Positions 1-11,366 of a stretch of 64,000 nucleotides of DNA are shown here, in pieces. Made by a program: the position numbers and the translations under genes. Origin of the DNA: Selaginella moellendorffii (Eukaryota > Plantae > Lycopodiophyta); assembly GCF_000143415.4 (NCBI RefSeq), contig NW_003314303.1, forward strand, positions 164,557 to 228,556. Reading direction: 5' to 3'. Under the pieces are notes generated by a model. The model saw nothing but the letters and a program-made list of their open reading frames with translations, did no database searches and was not told the origin of the DNA. Every line of letters begins with the position of its first letter. The first letter of the stretch is position 1.

Positions 1-284
1 CTTACTATTAGAGACAAGTGGGTTCCAGAAGCTAAAAACTAACACATAATTAATATGTAGTTTAATTTTACATAGCTAGATTGCTATATATAATAATGGT
101 AAATGCATGCAAGCATGCGACTACACCTTTTTGCAAGATTACCTTTCAATCTTGAAAATATATATAAATTTAACTCTTTGATTCATCCACATCATATATA
201 CTACACACTTATACTCCTTATAAAGATAATATGTCAATGAAAAATCTTTTCTTTATAATATTTTAGTGGATTATAAAAGTCATA

Positions 285-538
285 GAAAGCTTTATGAAGT
301 GGATTTATTAGTGTTTTTCGCTGTGTTGTCCATTCTTTCTTTTCTCTTGCTCTGGATTGTTATTTCATAAGTAATATGAACATATTTATCAATAGTGATA
401 ATGGTCTCCACATTCCCAAATAAGTAATAAGGACTAAGAGTGTAATATAGAAATATTGGTAATGAAACAAAATTAACATTTTCATATTTTTTTTATATTA
501 AAACTATTCACAGATTTTTTGTCTTCCTTGCTTCCCAT
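285..538 (-). pseudogene. Frameshifted inverted copy of the small orphan ORF at 5090-5338
   Basis: The reverse complement of ~270-560 aligns by eye with ~5060-5360 (shared GATGGGAAGCAAGGAA, TTTGGGAATGTGGAGACCA, TCCAGAGCAAGAGAAA). ATG at 538; one extra A in an A-run gives a stop after 18 codons. Confidence 0.6.
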
Positions 539-1271
539 CTCTGTAAAACCCTAAAAAATGAATGAGAGAATCAATGTTTTGAATTATTTATATATTTTTG
601 GTCAATTGTTGAAATGTATAAATCTCTAAATGTACAATAGAAATTTCAAGTTCGTGCAAATTTCAATATTCCCATTTTTATTTGGGACCAAAAAAGCCTA
701 AAACATTTTCTGACAAACTTTTAATTCTAGAAACTACTCAATCAGTATTTTATTATATAGGTCACATTAGAAATTAGAAGTTTTGCCATGAATAGATTCA
801 GAAAAAAAAATTTTCTCTGAATCGCTGACAACTAAATTCATGAATTTCAAGTTTACCAAAGAATAACATTTTTCTAACATAACATTTCTTTATAAAACTT
901 ATAGTTAATTATGTTGACTAGCATTGACTTGAGCTGAATTGAGCTCCACTCATGAGCTTAACTCAAGAATGAACCATCCTCTAACAAAGCAATTGCCTCT
1001 TTACCATGTTGGCTTATAAAGAACAGTGTTTATTTCATTTTTTTAAACTTGTATTGACTTTTTTTTATCAAGATAACTAAAATCTTTGTTTATAGTTTTG
1101 CTAAATGGTCTTTATTTATAGTTTGCTAATTGGAGTGCATACACTTTGTGCCACAGGAGCAATTAAATGCCACCACTACACATGGCTTTCATTCTTATTA
1201 GACTCAGTAAAATTAAGGTGGTAACAATAGCTATGAATTGGTTGATATCCCATAAAATGTACTAACTTTAC

Positions 1272-2103
1272 TAGGTGATATAATGATGTATCACATGAAT
1301 TGATGATAGAAGAGCTTTTGAGATTCAAAATTTAACAAAACTAGTAATGAAAATTATATTTGATATTAGAAAATTATTCTCTATTTTTTCTAGAAGAAAA
1401 AAACAACTTTAACTTTGCCACAAGGCTAACTTCCTTCTTACTTGCCATATAACTCTGTCATATGCATCAAACATAACTTCCACTCACTCTGCAAAGCAAG
1501 AAATAGTTCCAAAAAATGACAAGATAACAATTAACATTTATAATAGTTAAAATTTAGTTTAAAAAATTAAATTAAATTATATTATATCTTAATTTATACA
1601 TAAAGGATGGTTAAATGTGTTTGATGCCCATAAATATTATTAAAAATTTAGTTAAATATATTACTAAGTTACAATCATTTTGAATTAGGTGACATAATCA
1701 TGTATCACTTGAATTAATGATAGTAGAGCTTTTGAGATTCAAAATTTAAAACAAATCAGTAATGGCAATTACATTTGATATTAGAAAATTATTTTCTGTT
1801 TTTTTTAGAAGAAAAAAACAACTTTAATTTTGCCACCTAGTTAACTTCCTTCTTACTTGCTATATCACTTTGCCATGTGCATCAAATGTGACTTCCACTC
1901 ACCCTGCAAAACAAGAAATAGTTCCAAGAAATGACAAGACAACAATTAACATTTATAATTGTTAAAAGTTAATTAAAAATAAAGTAAAATTAAATTAGAT
2001 TAAACCTTATTTTATACATAAAGGATGGTTAAATGTGTTTGATGTCCATAACATATTATTAGGAAATTTAGTTAAATATATTACTAAGTTACAATCATTT
2101 TGA
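1272..2103. repeat. Diverged tandem duplication, ~415-bp unit (1272-1684 and 1685-2103)
   Basis: Both units begin TAGGTGAyATAATsATGTATCAC and end TTACTAAGTTACAATCATTTTGAA. The unit includes the last ~30 codons of the lectin ORF. Confidence 0.85.
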
Positions 2104-2873
2104 ACTGTTAAAAGTACAGATAATATACATAGTGGTTTATGTGAACAATATTTATTACTAGCCCATACTATTACATTTTGAAATTTCAAAACTAGATTTC
2201 CATCAATTTGTAACATAAGTTTACAATCTGTAGCATCTTTTATAGATGGTTTAACTTCCCAAATCTTTTTTAGTGCTGAATATAGAACTATATTACAGTT
2301 TGATTCCATTAGTAAAACATTCTTTTTGTTAGGAGAAGTTAAAAATTGACCTTCATAAAGTATTGAGGGATTTATAAGTGTACTTGATAATAAATTACAA
2401 TAATAAAAATCATCAATCTTATTTAGTTGGTTTATTAGAAGCCATTCTTCCCACTCTTGTACTAGTTTATATTCTATAAAATAATTGAAGCTTTCATTTT
2501 GAAAATAATCTGAATTTTTTTCTAATATATCATTACGATTTTGATTTATAAGATTCTGAAATCCTGCAATTAAAGCTCTTCCAAAAATATTATCTGAAGT
2601 ATGTTCTATAGAGCATTGATTCTTTCTTTTAAGCTCAAGACTAAGTAATCCCTTTGATACTTCAATAATCTCTCCATCCCCATAATTAGCTGAATATGGA
2701 TTATCTCTACTTATTTTACTAATTAAATTACTAAATGCACCTAGTATTTTTGCTATATCATCTGGCTTTAAAAAACTTAGCCTTCCAAATTTAGGCCTAT
2801 ATAATGGGGCTATTGATCTTGTTACAAATATGCAAAATAATAAAATACATAACTTCAATTTAATTAAACACAT
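2007..2873 (-). CDS. Secreted protein with C-terminal bulb-type (GNA/B-lectin) mannose-binding domain and unassigned N-terminal domain
   Basis: 288-aa intronless ORF with a hydrophobic N-terminus and three QxDxNxVxY-like repeats (MESNCNIVLY, LQIDGNLVLK, VQNDCNLVIY), each followed by a Trp (IWE, VWAS, LWTS). Confidence 0.8.
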   Translation of the reverse strand: MCLIKLKLCILLFCIFVTRSIAPLYRPKFGRLSFLKPDDIAKILGAFSNLISKISRDNPYSANYGDGEIIEVSKGLLSLELKRKNQCSIEHTSDNIFGRALIAGFQNLINQNRNDILEKNSDYFQNESFNYFIEYKLVQEWEEWLLINQLNKIDDFYYCNLLSSTLINPSILYEGQFLTSPNKKNVLLMESNCNIVLYSALKKIWEVKPSIKDATDCKLMLQIDGNLVLKFQNVIVWASNKYCSHKPLCILSVLLTVQNDCNLVIYLTKFPNNMLWTSNTFNHPLCIK

Positions 2874-5089
2874 TATATTTTATAATTCTCAATTTAAAGA
2901 TGACAATGAACACCTATCCTACCTTTACTTTATATTTATATGTTGAACACACTTATATTAGTACTAAGGGTGAATTAAAAAATAAACTTTACTTTCATTA
3001 TATAGTGATAGTTTAGTCTCTGCTTGCTTGTTCTTATATTTAAATGATTTATAGAGTTTATAATATAATTATTTCTCTTTTCTTGTAGTTTAAGATATAA
3101 TTTTTAATAAATAAAAAATTTCATGTAAAAAAAATATTTTTTATATTAAAATATTTTAATATAAAAGAAAAGTTCTTTTATTGACCTGGACAAGTTGTCT
3201 TGCATTATTTTGTCATTGTGTTAATAATAATTTTATATATCTTATAGCTATATAGTAAACTTATTTATATTCCAAATATTTGTATGGAATATATACTATG
3301 AGCATGTTGTCATATGAATAGTAGATTAGGATTTATAAAATTAATAAGAGCTATTAGTTTGATAATCCTTTATATTTTTATAAGGTATTTAATAAATGTT
3401 TCTCAAGTGAAACTATATATTTATAAATATAATTATATTTATTTAAGTTCTAAGATTATGTTACAAAATGTTTTAAAATAAATAGATATATTTTACAATT
3501 TACATGATAGAGTTGTTAAAAAATTAAATTTTAACAAACTAAATACAAAAAGTGTCAATGAAAGTCCACATTAACTTTAGTAGTTTAAAATAAAATAATA
3601 AGAAAATTATGAAACGATTTAAATATGTAATTTTTGAGAATTCAAGACAATAAAGAAAATTCTCACATTGTAAAAATAATTCAAATAATGATTTTTAGTA
3701 AATATGATTGTGAGTATTGAAAGTTATGTTAACTAGTTCATTCAAACATTATTCTCATGAGTCATACTATGATATTAACAATTTATCAATATCCACTCAA
3801 ACTAATTGAGAAATTGGTTATCAAGTGTGCCTTTAGAACATACAAATATAAGAAGGGAAATTTTATGTGATTATTTGCAATACTTATTTTAGTGATGAAA
3901 AACTTATATATTTGCACATATAGTGTCAGAACCCTTGCATTATTCACTTAATATCACTAAGTGATATAGCATGTTCATTGGCACACTCACTATCACACCT
4001 AGGTATCACTCCATTTTATCTTATTAGTTACTTATATAAAGTGTCTAGAGGAAAGAGTATCCTAAACATTGTGGTGGTGTTTTCACATCCAAATTCATAT
4101 ATATGGCACACTTTCCATAAGTTTCAAGATTTTCTTGTATATTGTATAATGTATATCTTAGTGCTACTTAGTTATGTGAAAGATGGAAAACATATTATGA
4201 GTTCAATCTTATTAATGTTAAAATTTAGAATCTATATATTCAAACCTTGGGATTATACTTATGGGATTCAAACTGAAGACTATTAACCCCTCAAATTTAA
4301 CCTAGTAAAACCAAACTAAATCAATGTCAATATGTGATGTGATGAGAATCTGGCTTTCTTGATGCCTTACTTTGGGTAAAATATAGTAGAAGCAAACTAG
4401 ACTAGATGTTAATCTCAATATATTATAGATTCCTATAAATAATGAGTTGAATTTGACACCTTTTATACCAAATGTGAGTTTCTTAATTCAGACTTTCAAG
4501 AGCCATCCATCCCAATATTACTCAAACACAAGAATTCAGAACTTTATATACTCTTAACTGATTAGAAAAAGAGTATATTTTTATTTATAGATCCTTTTCT
4601 ATTTACCTTTCTTGAATTCATTCCATTTTGTTGCTTGGATCGTACTTTATCCCCTTACTCATCTCTGCTAAAGAATATTCACTCTTCTTCCCTTTCCCAC
4701 CCTTCTATGTCATAATTCATCTTAAACTATAGCTGCTTAATTGATCTTGTGCTCGACAATAGAAGGTGAATGATGTGTTACTTACAAATTATAATGCTTT
4801 GTAGCAATCATGGTTTGAACCTCTTGTATGGCCAAAGGTCCCAGATCTTGAGTATGAACTCCACTTGAGGAGCTTTAAATACATAAATATCTGAGTTAAA
4901 AGTTTCTATGAGATTGAATTATTTAAAAAAGACAAAGTTCACGAGAACCTATCTTTTATAAAGCTATTATTTTATTATGACTACTAATATAGCTGTCATA
5001 TTTTGATTTGACTACTTAATATTTTGAATACTTTTACAGCTGTAGATACTGTTCCTTCATTCAAAAGATTTTTTAGGGTTTTTGAGAAG

Positions 5090-5338
5090 ATGGGAAGCAA
5101 GGAAAATACAAGATCTATAAGTAAGAGTTGTAGTGTAAAAGAATGTGAGAATGTTAATTTTGTTTCACTACCACAATCTCCATATTACACTTCTGGTCCT
5201 TATTACCCATTTGGGAATGTGGAGACCACTATCACGATTGATAAAAATGCTCTTATTACTTTTGAAACAATAGTCCAGAGCAAGAGAAATGAAGAAATGA
5301 ACAACACGGCAAAAAGCACCAAGAAATCTACTCCATAA
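5090..5338 (+). CDS. Small orphan ORF (82 aa, MGSKENTRSISKSC...)
   Basis: ATG at 5090, TAA at 5336-5338. A diverged inverted copy at 285-538 suggests a repeated family. No recognisable domain. Confidence 0.35.
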   Translation: MGSKENTRSISKSCSVKECENVNFVSLPQSPYYTSGPYYPFGNVETTITIDKNALITFETIVQSKRNEEMNNTAKSTKKSTP

Positions 5339-7325
5339 AACTTTCCATGACATTTGTAATTTACATATTAATTCATATTAAAAACTCTATTGCCTGCCTA
5401 TATCACAATCCTCTCATATAATAAGATCAAGGTATATTTTTGTAATGAATCCTCATTAAAAGTTTTTGGGAGTTGTTTGTGAATAATAATAAAAGAAATT
5501 GAAATCTTTCGAAAAACTCAAAAGTAATATCACATCAAAGAATCAACTTTATCTACATTTCCAAGACTGAAAGGCAATCTCACACGAGAGAATAGTAGCG
5601 TGCCAACGTGCTCTACTACTATAATGAATAGTTGAAGGTGATAACTTCAAAAAGGGTGGGCCATGGGGCCAAGTATAGAGGAGTTCATGTATGATCACAA
5701 ACATATCAAGTAAGAGGATTTGGCAGTGTGGAGGAACTAGGTTCCTAAGCTGTGATCTATAGTGCGCTTTGAGTAAAAGTTGGTGCACCGGCGTGGAGAG
5801 TCATGCCAGGCATCTTGGGTGATGCCGTCCGTATGCATATACGGAGGTTGGGTTCGAGTCCTAAATCACTAGAGCATGGTGATGGTTTGGAATATGAGGA
5901 CACTCATTTTTTGGTGGTCATGGACTCTTAGTGCAGAGACTGGCTTGGGCCCACCGCCAAGTGGGGGATGCCCCGGGGTCGTGATACACGGTTAGATTGC
6001 TTAGTGTGGCTCGGCATATTTAACTTGAACACTTTGGGGCGAGTGGCACCAAGGACGTGGTGAATGAGATGGGGACACCCAGTCTTAGTTGCTATGGACC
6101 CTTGGCCGGAAGGGCTAGTTTGGGCACACCGCCAAGTGTGGGGGATGCCCCCGAGGTCATGGTCAACAAGTTAAAGGTCTGGAAGACCTAGTACATATTG
6201 GCAAACCTGTTAAAGTGTCAAGATTAAATCACTAGGTGATCACATGGCTAAATAAGGACGAGGTCCTTGTGAGGTTAAGGAATAAGGTTCCTAGTTCAAA
6301 GCATTGATCTGAATTATTGATAATGGTGTGGCTTGGTCAAGGTGACCAAGTGGGAAGAACACCTAAGGGAAATGAACTACAACAATACAATGGTATTGTG
6401 AGTTCAAAGTAGTCTCTAAGAGAGACCTATGGGAGGGTCACAAAGTTGGGTCGTGCAAGGGGCCCATAGCAGAAAATGCTAAAGAAACCTACTAGGGGTG
6501 AGCACCCTTTGGATTTGGCAAAGTGGAACTTTGCCATGGAACCAAAAGAATACCTCAAGGAGGGAGGTAGTGATCCTGTGTTGCTTGATGCAACAATCAA
6601 TGGATAGGAGCAAAAGACTAGTGGCCAAGTTTGGGCCATGGAATTTGATGGGAGGAATCCAAATGGCAAAGTTAGCCAAGGAACACTAATGTGTTTGATG
6701 CTAACGGATTGTGGGAAAGGAAGTGAACTTCCAAGGATAGATTCCTAAGTGCTCCAATTTGGCGAAGTAAAAGCTCCAAGTGAGGAGCAGCAAAGTAGCT
6801 AAAGGATAGGGCCATGGACAGCCCTGGCACAAATGATGATAATTGGAACGTAGTGCCAAGGGTGGCACAAAATAGAAAAGAGGATGATGGTACCCTCAAG
6901 TAGAGAACTTCCTAGGATAAGGAAGTGGACTTGCACAATATGTGCAATGCAAGGTGTTGGAGACACTTAGGAAATTGACTTTAAGAAGTCAAAAGTAAAC
7001 GTTCCAAAGTGCAAAGGTTATATCGATGGAAACTAAGACTACCCGAGAAGTAGCGGGATTGAGATATAGATGGTGTCTCTAACAGGTTTAGCGAGAACTA
7101 AACCAATAAAAGGAGAGAACCATTACAAGTGGTCTAATCAGTCTCTAAGTTGGAGAGACTATCCTCCTTAGAGGATGAGCAAGGCATGGCAAGCCTTCAA
7201 TATCAAACTATTGATGAATATTGGCGAGGGGCTAAGGATGGAAATGGTAATACAAGTTGGTATTACTTTATAAAATAGTTTATCGTTCGATGAGGACATC
7301 AAATTTCGTCTATGGGTGGTGGAGT

Positions 7326-8668
7326 TGTGAGACACAAAATCCCTAGGCCCCAAAGTGGAGCCAGAAAGGGTGCCACGTGGTAGTGGCCGAAGCAAAAGCC
7401 AAACGAGCGTAACACGTTTGGACTAAAAGCTCCGACTTGGAAGGTTGAAAGCGGGAGTGGAACTCCCAACAAAGTGCTCAACGAGCGAGCACAAGGCAAC
7501 CAATAAGCAAGGCTCCAAAAAGGGACCCGAAGTAGAGTCCGAGATGGAGTTCGAGATGGACCTGAGTTGGAGTCCGAGATGGACCCGAGTGGAGTCCGAG
7601 ATGGACCTGAGTGGAGTCCGAGATGGACCCGAAGTGGAGTCCGAGATAGAGTCTGAGATGGAGTCCGAGATGGACCCGAGATGGAGTCTGAGATGGAATC
7701 TGAGATGGAGTCCGAGATGGAGTCCGAGATGGACCCAAGATGGAGTCCGAGATGGAATCCGAGATGGAGTCCAAGATGGACCTGAGATGGAGTCCGAGAT
7801 GGACCCGAGATGGAGTCCGAGATGGAGTCCGAGATGGAATCTGAGATGGAATCTGAGATGGAGTCCGAGATGGACCTGAGATGGAGTCTGAGATGGAACC
7901 GAGACCGAGACCGAGCCTGAGACTGAGACCGAGACCGAGTCCGAGTCCGAAACCGGGACCGAGACCGAGTTCGAGTCCAAGTCCGAGANNNNNNNNNNNN
8001 NNNNNNNNNNNNNNNNNNNNNNNNNNNNNNNNNNNNNNNNNNNNNNNNNNNNNNNNNNNNNNNNNNNNNNNNNNNNNNNNNNNNNNNNAAATGTTGCCCC
8101 AAAGTCCCAGACTATGAAAAGGAAGAGGAGCCGTCCTCTAGCGTAGGGACCAAGGATATAGTCATGTGAGGAGGAAGTCCCAGAGCACCGTGGGACTTAG
8201 TGGTTGGGCTTGTGGGCCTTGATCCAGTGGCAGTGTTGGTGAACACGGCCATGGATAGAAAGGAACTTGGTGAGGACTAGAAAAGGGATATTAGTCCTCA
8301 TGTCTGTGGGCATCCTAAGGATGCTAAGGAGTAGATCTAGAATGATTACTCATGGACGGATGACCTAGTCCTTGAGAGACGGGATTGTGATGTAGGTGGT
8401 GTTAGACCACCGATGTGACCAAGGTGATGGGGCATGGCCTTAGCATAACAGACTGATATGTCGATGTTACCTTGGGGTGTTGGTCATGGGATCGGACACA
8501 TGGAGCACTTGGACCAAGTGCAAAGGTTGAGTGGCGGGGATGCCATTCTCAGGGCTAGCAAGCCCAAGTTCGAAATAGGACTTATGGAGGTTGTGAATGA
8601 GACTCCTGCAAGTGGTCGAAGGTGTGGTTAAGTGACTAAAGTAGAATGGAATAAATTAGTCGCTTACA
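7326..8668 (+). repeat. 3' LTR of element A (contains a 100-N assembly gap at 7989-8088)
   Basis: TG...CA ends; near-identical to the reverse complement of 19804-21363. Confidence 0.88.
7538..7988 (+). repeat. Minisatellite inside LTR A (12-bp GAGATGGAGTCC units grading into 6-bp CCGAGA/CCGAGT units)
   Basis: Directly visible tandem array; produces the repetitive ORFs in the six-frame track. Confidence 0.92.
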
Positions 8669-9128
8669 CCAACCTTGTGGATAAGCAGATCTGCAACACA
8701 TTTCCAGGGTACTGATTTTAAACTCCATCAGTGATGCAAGTCTTGCTTGAGCTCTATTGCCCACCAAATGGTGTTGTGATTGATTGCACAGCAGGTAGAA
8801 GTTCTATGGTGGAGGCAGCACGTGATTTTGGTAGGTAGGTGTTTGTTATTGAAGAACATCATTTCTTCAAATGCTAGCTCAGAGGATTTTGTGAGTTGCC
8901 TCCAATCTCAAGGAGGTAAATTATTTTTATTAAAATTTCAATATATGTTTAATTCTATTTTATAGATTACAATCATCTGGAGTTCCTAGAATTGGAGGCT
9001 TTGGAAGTCTCCCTGACTATGCAGAAGCTATGGCTCAACATATGCAAGGTGAACCTTCCCCACAATACCAATATAAGAGGAAGCATAAAAGAAATCAATA
9101 TGTTGATGATGAGGCAGAAGAAAGTTAA
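8669..9128 (+). pseudogene. 3' part of the ParB-like/amino-DNA-methyltransferase gene (SAM-binding motifs X and I plus last exon), inverted relative to its 5' part
   Basis: From 8674 it reads LVDKQICNTFPGY*F*TPSVMQVLLELYCPPNGVVIDCTAGRSSMVEAARDFGR*VFVIEE, matching the N6_N4_Mtase C-terminal pattern (KP..L..LI....PGD.VLDPF.GSG.T..AA...GR..IG.E). GT-AG intron at 8891-8965; last exon ends ...KRKHKRNQYVDDEAEES* (TAA 9126-9128). Confidence 0.75.
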
Positions 9129-9411
9129 TTGCATCCTTACATAAAATGCAAAGTTTGTTATATGTCAGATGTTTGTGAAAGTGTCAAATATCAGTATCAG
9201 TGTTAGACATCATAATTGCAAATTATCATTCTCATATGTCGCCATCACTTTGCAATGCTTATGTGTTGCCATCTCCTCCTTCAACATTTTGTAAACAATT
9301 GTATGTCATATGATAGCACCTTCTAGAAAAAATTATGTTACCTACAACTTATATCATTTTATTATATTTTTTCTTTTAATGCTGACAATACTATAGTATA
9401 GTAAGGTAATT

Positions 9412-9963
9412 TTAGATCTTACATTCCACTGTATAGTGGCTTAAAAACCCATATTTTGCACTAGTTGATGCAGTGTTTCCTAAGGGGATGTTGTTCCTCA
9501 CTATGAAGTGGTAGTGGGTGTGTGTTCGTAACTCATTCTTGAATCTATTGTACATCCACACGTGCACATTTTCCAGACCCACTGTTAGGCAATTCTTACA
9601 ATGCTTATGAAAAGTTTGTAAACCCATAGAGCCATTTGTCTTGTCCAAGAAAAAGTAGCATAATGCACACCAAATGTAATAGCATTTTGTGCTTTCAAGT
9701 AGTCCTACTATGTCAAGAGCAAGATCTTGCAAAAACATGTGGTATTGCTCTTGAAGCGCTGAAGGCAATCCCTCTTTAGTAGCAAGATTTGGAATTTCAT
9801 ATATAGAGAGCTCTAGTTCAACTTCACTAGAGCCCTTAATAAAAAAAAGATTGTTATGTGGAGGTGAAGGTGGAATGTTGGTAGAACTTGGGGATGGAGG
9901 TGGAGATTGATATGAAATGTTGGGGGACCAAGTATGAGTAGCAATGACTTTCCTTCGAGCCAT
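9412..9963 (-). CDS. Hypothetical protein with Pro-rich N-terminus and putative Zn-binding motif (WCALC...FHKHC...H)
   Basis: Intact intronless ORF from ATG at ~9963, with CxxC followed by spaced His/Cys residues; convergent with the 3' end of the MTase gene. Confidence 0.45.
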   Translation of the reverse strand: MARRKVIATHTWSPNISYQSPPPSPSSTNIPPSPPHNNLFFIKGSSEVELELSIYEIPNLATKEGLPSALQEQYHMFLQDLALDIVGLLESTKCYYIWCALCYFFLDKTNGSMGLQTFHKHCKNCLTVGLENVHVWMYNRFKNELRTHTHYHFIVRNNIPLGNTASTSAKYGFLSHYTVECKI

Positions 9964-10223
9964 TTTAATACAAACTTCTAAGGAGCTCAAGGAGAACAAA
10001 AAAACTATGATGACTATAACTTTTCTAGATACTTTATATACTAAGTTTTAGTCTTGAGAATGAGATTTATTTATTATGACATTGAGATTCTTTAAATGTT
10101 AATCTTGGAAGTGGGGCTTCATAATCATAACTTTTTTGTAAACATAAGATCTTCTAGAATTTTAGATTATCATGTATACATATGCTCTATCATTATGATG
10201 AAATCCTACTTTGTTACACATAT

Positions 10224-11353
10224 TGTCGTGAATGTGATTTCGGGTATCGAAAGTTACTTGTCAACCAGTCCTTACGGACACTCTTACCTTACTACCACGA
10301 CGGCAGAAGGTCGGTATTGCTGGACCTTTTATCAGTTCCTCTTGTGCTAGTGGAGTTAACTGGGCATTTCGAGTGTACTTAGACCAGACGAGCATAAGGA
10401 CGGAATTCCTAAGTGTTATTAGCTAAGCATATTTAGCCCGGTAAAGAGTTCCCGTCTCGTTATGTCTTGCACTGGCTAATGAATAGAACCTTCACGTATT
10501 GAGATTAGTCCCTCAATATTGCTGGATGATAGCTTACCGTGTCTGCCAAACACCCTCGCTATTGTCTTAGTCTCATTTCGGTCCTAAATGCTAATTATGG
10601 AAAGTGTCTAGATTTGCTCATTTGGCATATCTACAGAATGTAGAGATTTTCCTAAACACAATGGTGTTCGTCCTGTGTCCAAATTCGCAATTTAGTGCCA
10701 TTTTATATTTAGTAAGTTTCGAGCTTGTCCCAGAGACTAACTCCTGATACTAAGGGAGGCTTGGGGTGAAAGCCCAAAGCGTGTGTTCCTCAAGGCGAGG
10801 GGGGAGGGGCTGTGGGGGGTTCCAAATGTATAATAGGGATAGTGAGTAGGTCGGGCATAGCCGACCAACCTGAGGCATAGTTTAGCTCCCGCTTGCGTGC
10901 CTATCTTTGTTCTGCGTCCGGCTTGGGTCCAAGCCCAAGTTCCATTCCATGCTAGCTGGTGGAGTACCCATATCCTCACGTTAGGCCACCGGTATGCTGA
11001 AATAGTGCTAGACTCCGTTTAGCTCCGTTTTGCGTGTTGGTCCTGGCATTGGGATGCTGGTTACTCTAGGACTGTTCCAAGTCGCTCCGGGCTCCTGTCC
11101 CTTTGCTCCTTGGGCTGTATACTCGGAAGTTGCTCTGTGGTTCGGTTCCGTCACTCCTCAGCTCCATGCTTGGGAGTTTGGCACCAATCCTTCGTTCAGT
11201 GGCCCAAGGCCCTGAAACTTAGGACTGTCTTATAGACACGTGGCATGTGACATGTGGCATATGACACATGGCACATGGGTTTAAGTTCCGCTCTGTGGTG
11301 TTATCCTATGGTAAATCACCATAGGATAAAGGGTAAAAACCATGTGCGCTACA
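10224..11353 (+). repeat. 5' LTR of element B
   Basis: Direct repeat of 16287-17434 with scattered substitutions and small indels. Confidence 0.9.
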
Positions 11354-11355
11354 TT

Positions 11356-11366
11356 TGGTATCAGAG
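11356..11366 (+). promoter_or_regulatory. Primer-binding site (tRNA-iMet) of element B
   Basis: TGGTATCAGAG, 2 nt after the LTR end. Confidence 0.85.

Larger units (their letters stand above)
5600..8668 (+). mobile_element. 3' half of decayed LTR retrotransposon A (probably Ty3/gypsy): internal remnant, PPT and 3' LTR
   Basis: Purine-rich GGGTGGTGGAGT lies immediately before the LTR (TGTGAGACAC at 7326 to CGCTTACA at 8668), which is followed by TSD CCAAC (8669-8673). The left boundary is approximate. Confidence 0.75.

Noticed and set aside
3978-4286. 102-aa ORF in AT-rich DNA
   Set aside because: Non-ATG start, no motif, and composition typical of random AT-rich sequence.
7299-8117. Long repetitive ORFs (SISDSISD, WSPRWSPR, MESEMESE) in several frames, also at 20569-21492
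   Set aside because: Translation artefacts of a stop-free 12/6-bp minisatellite inside LTR A.
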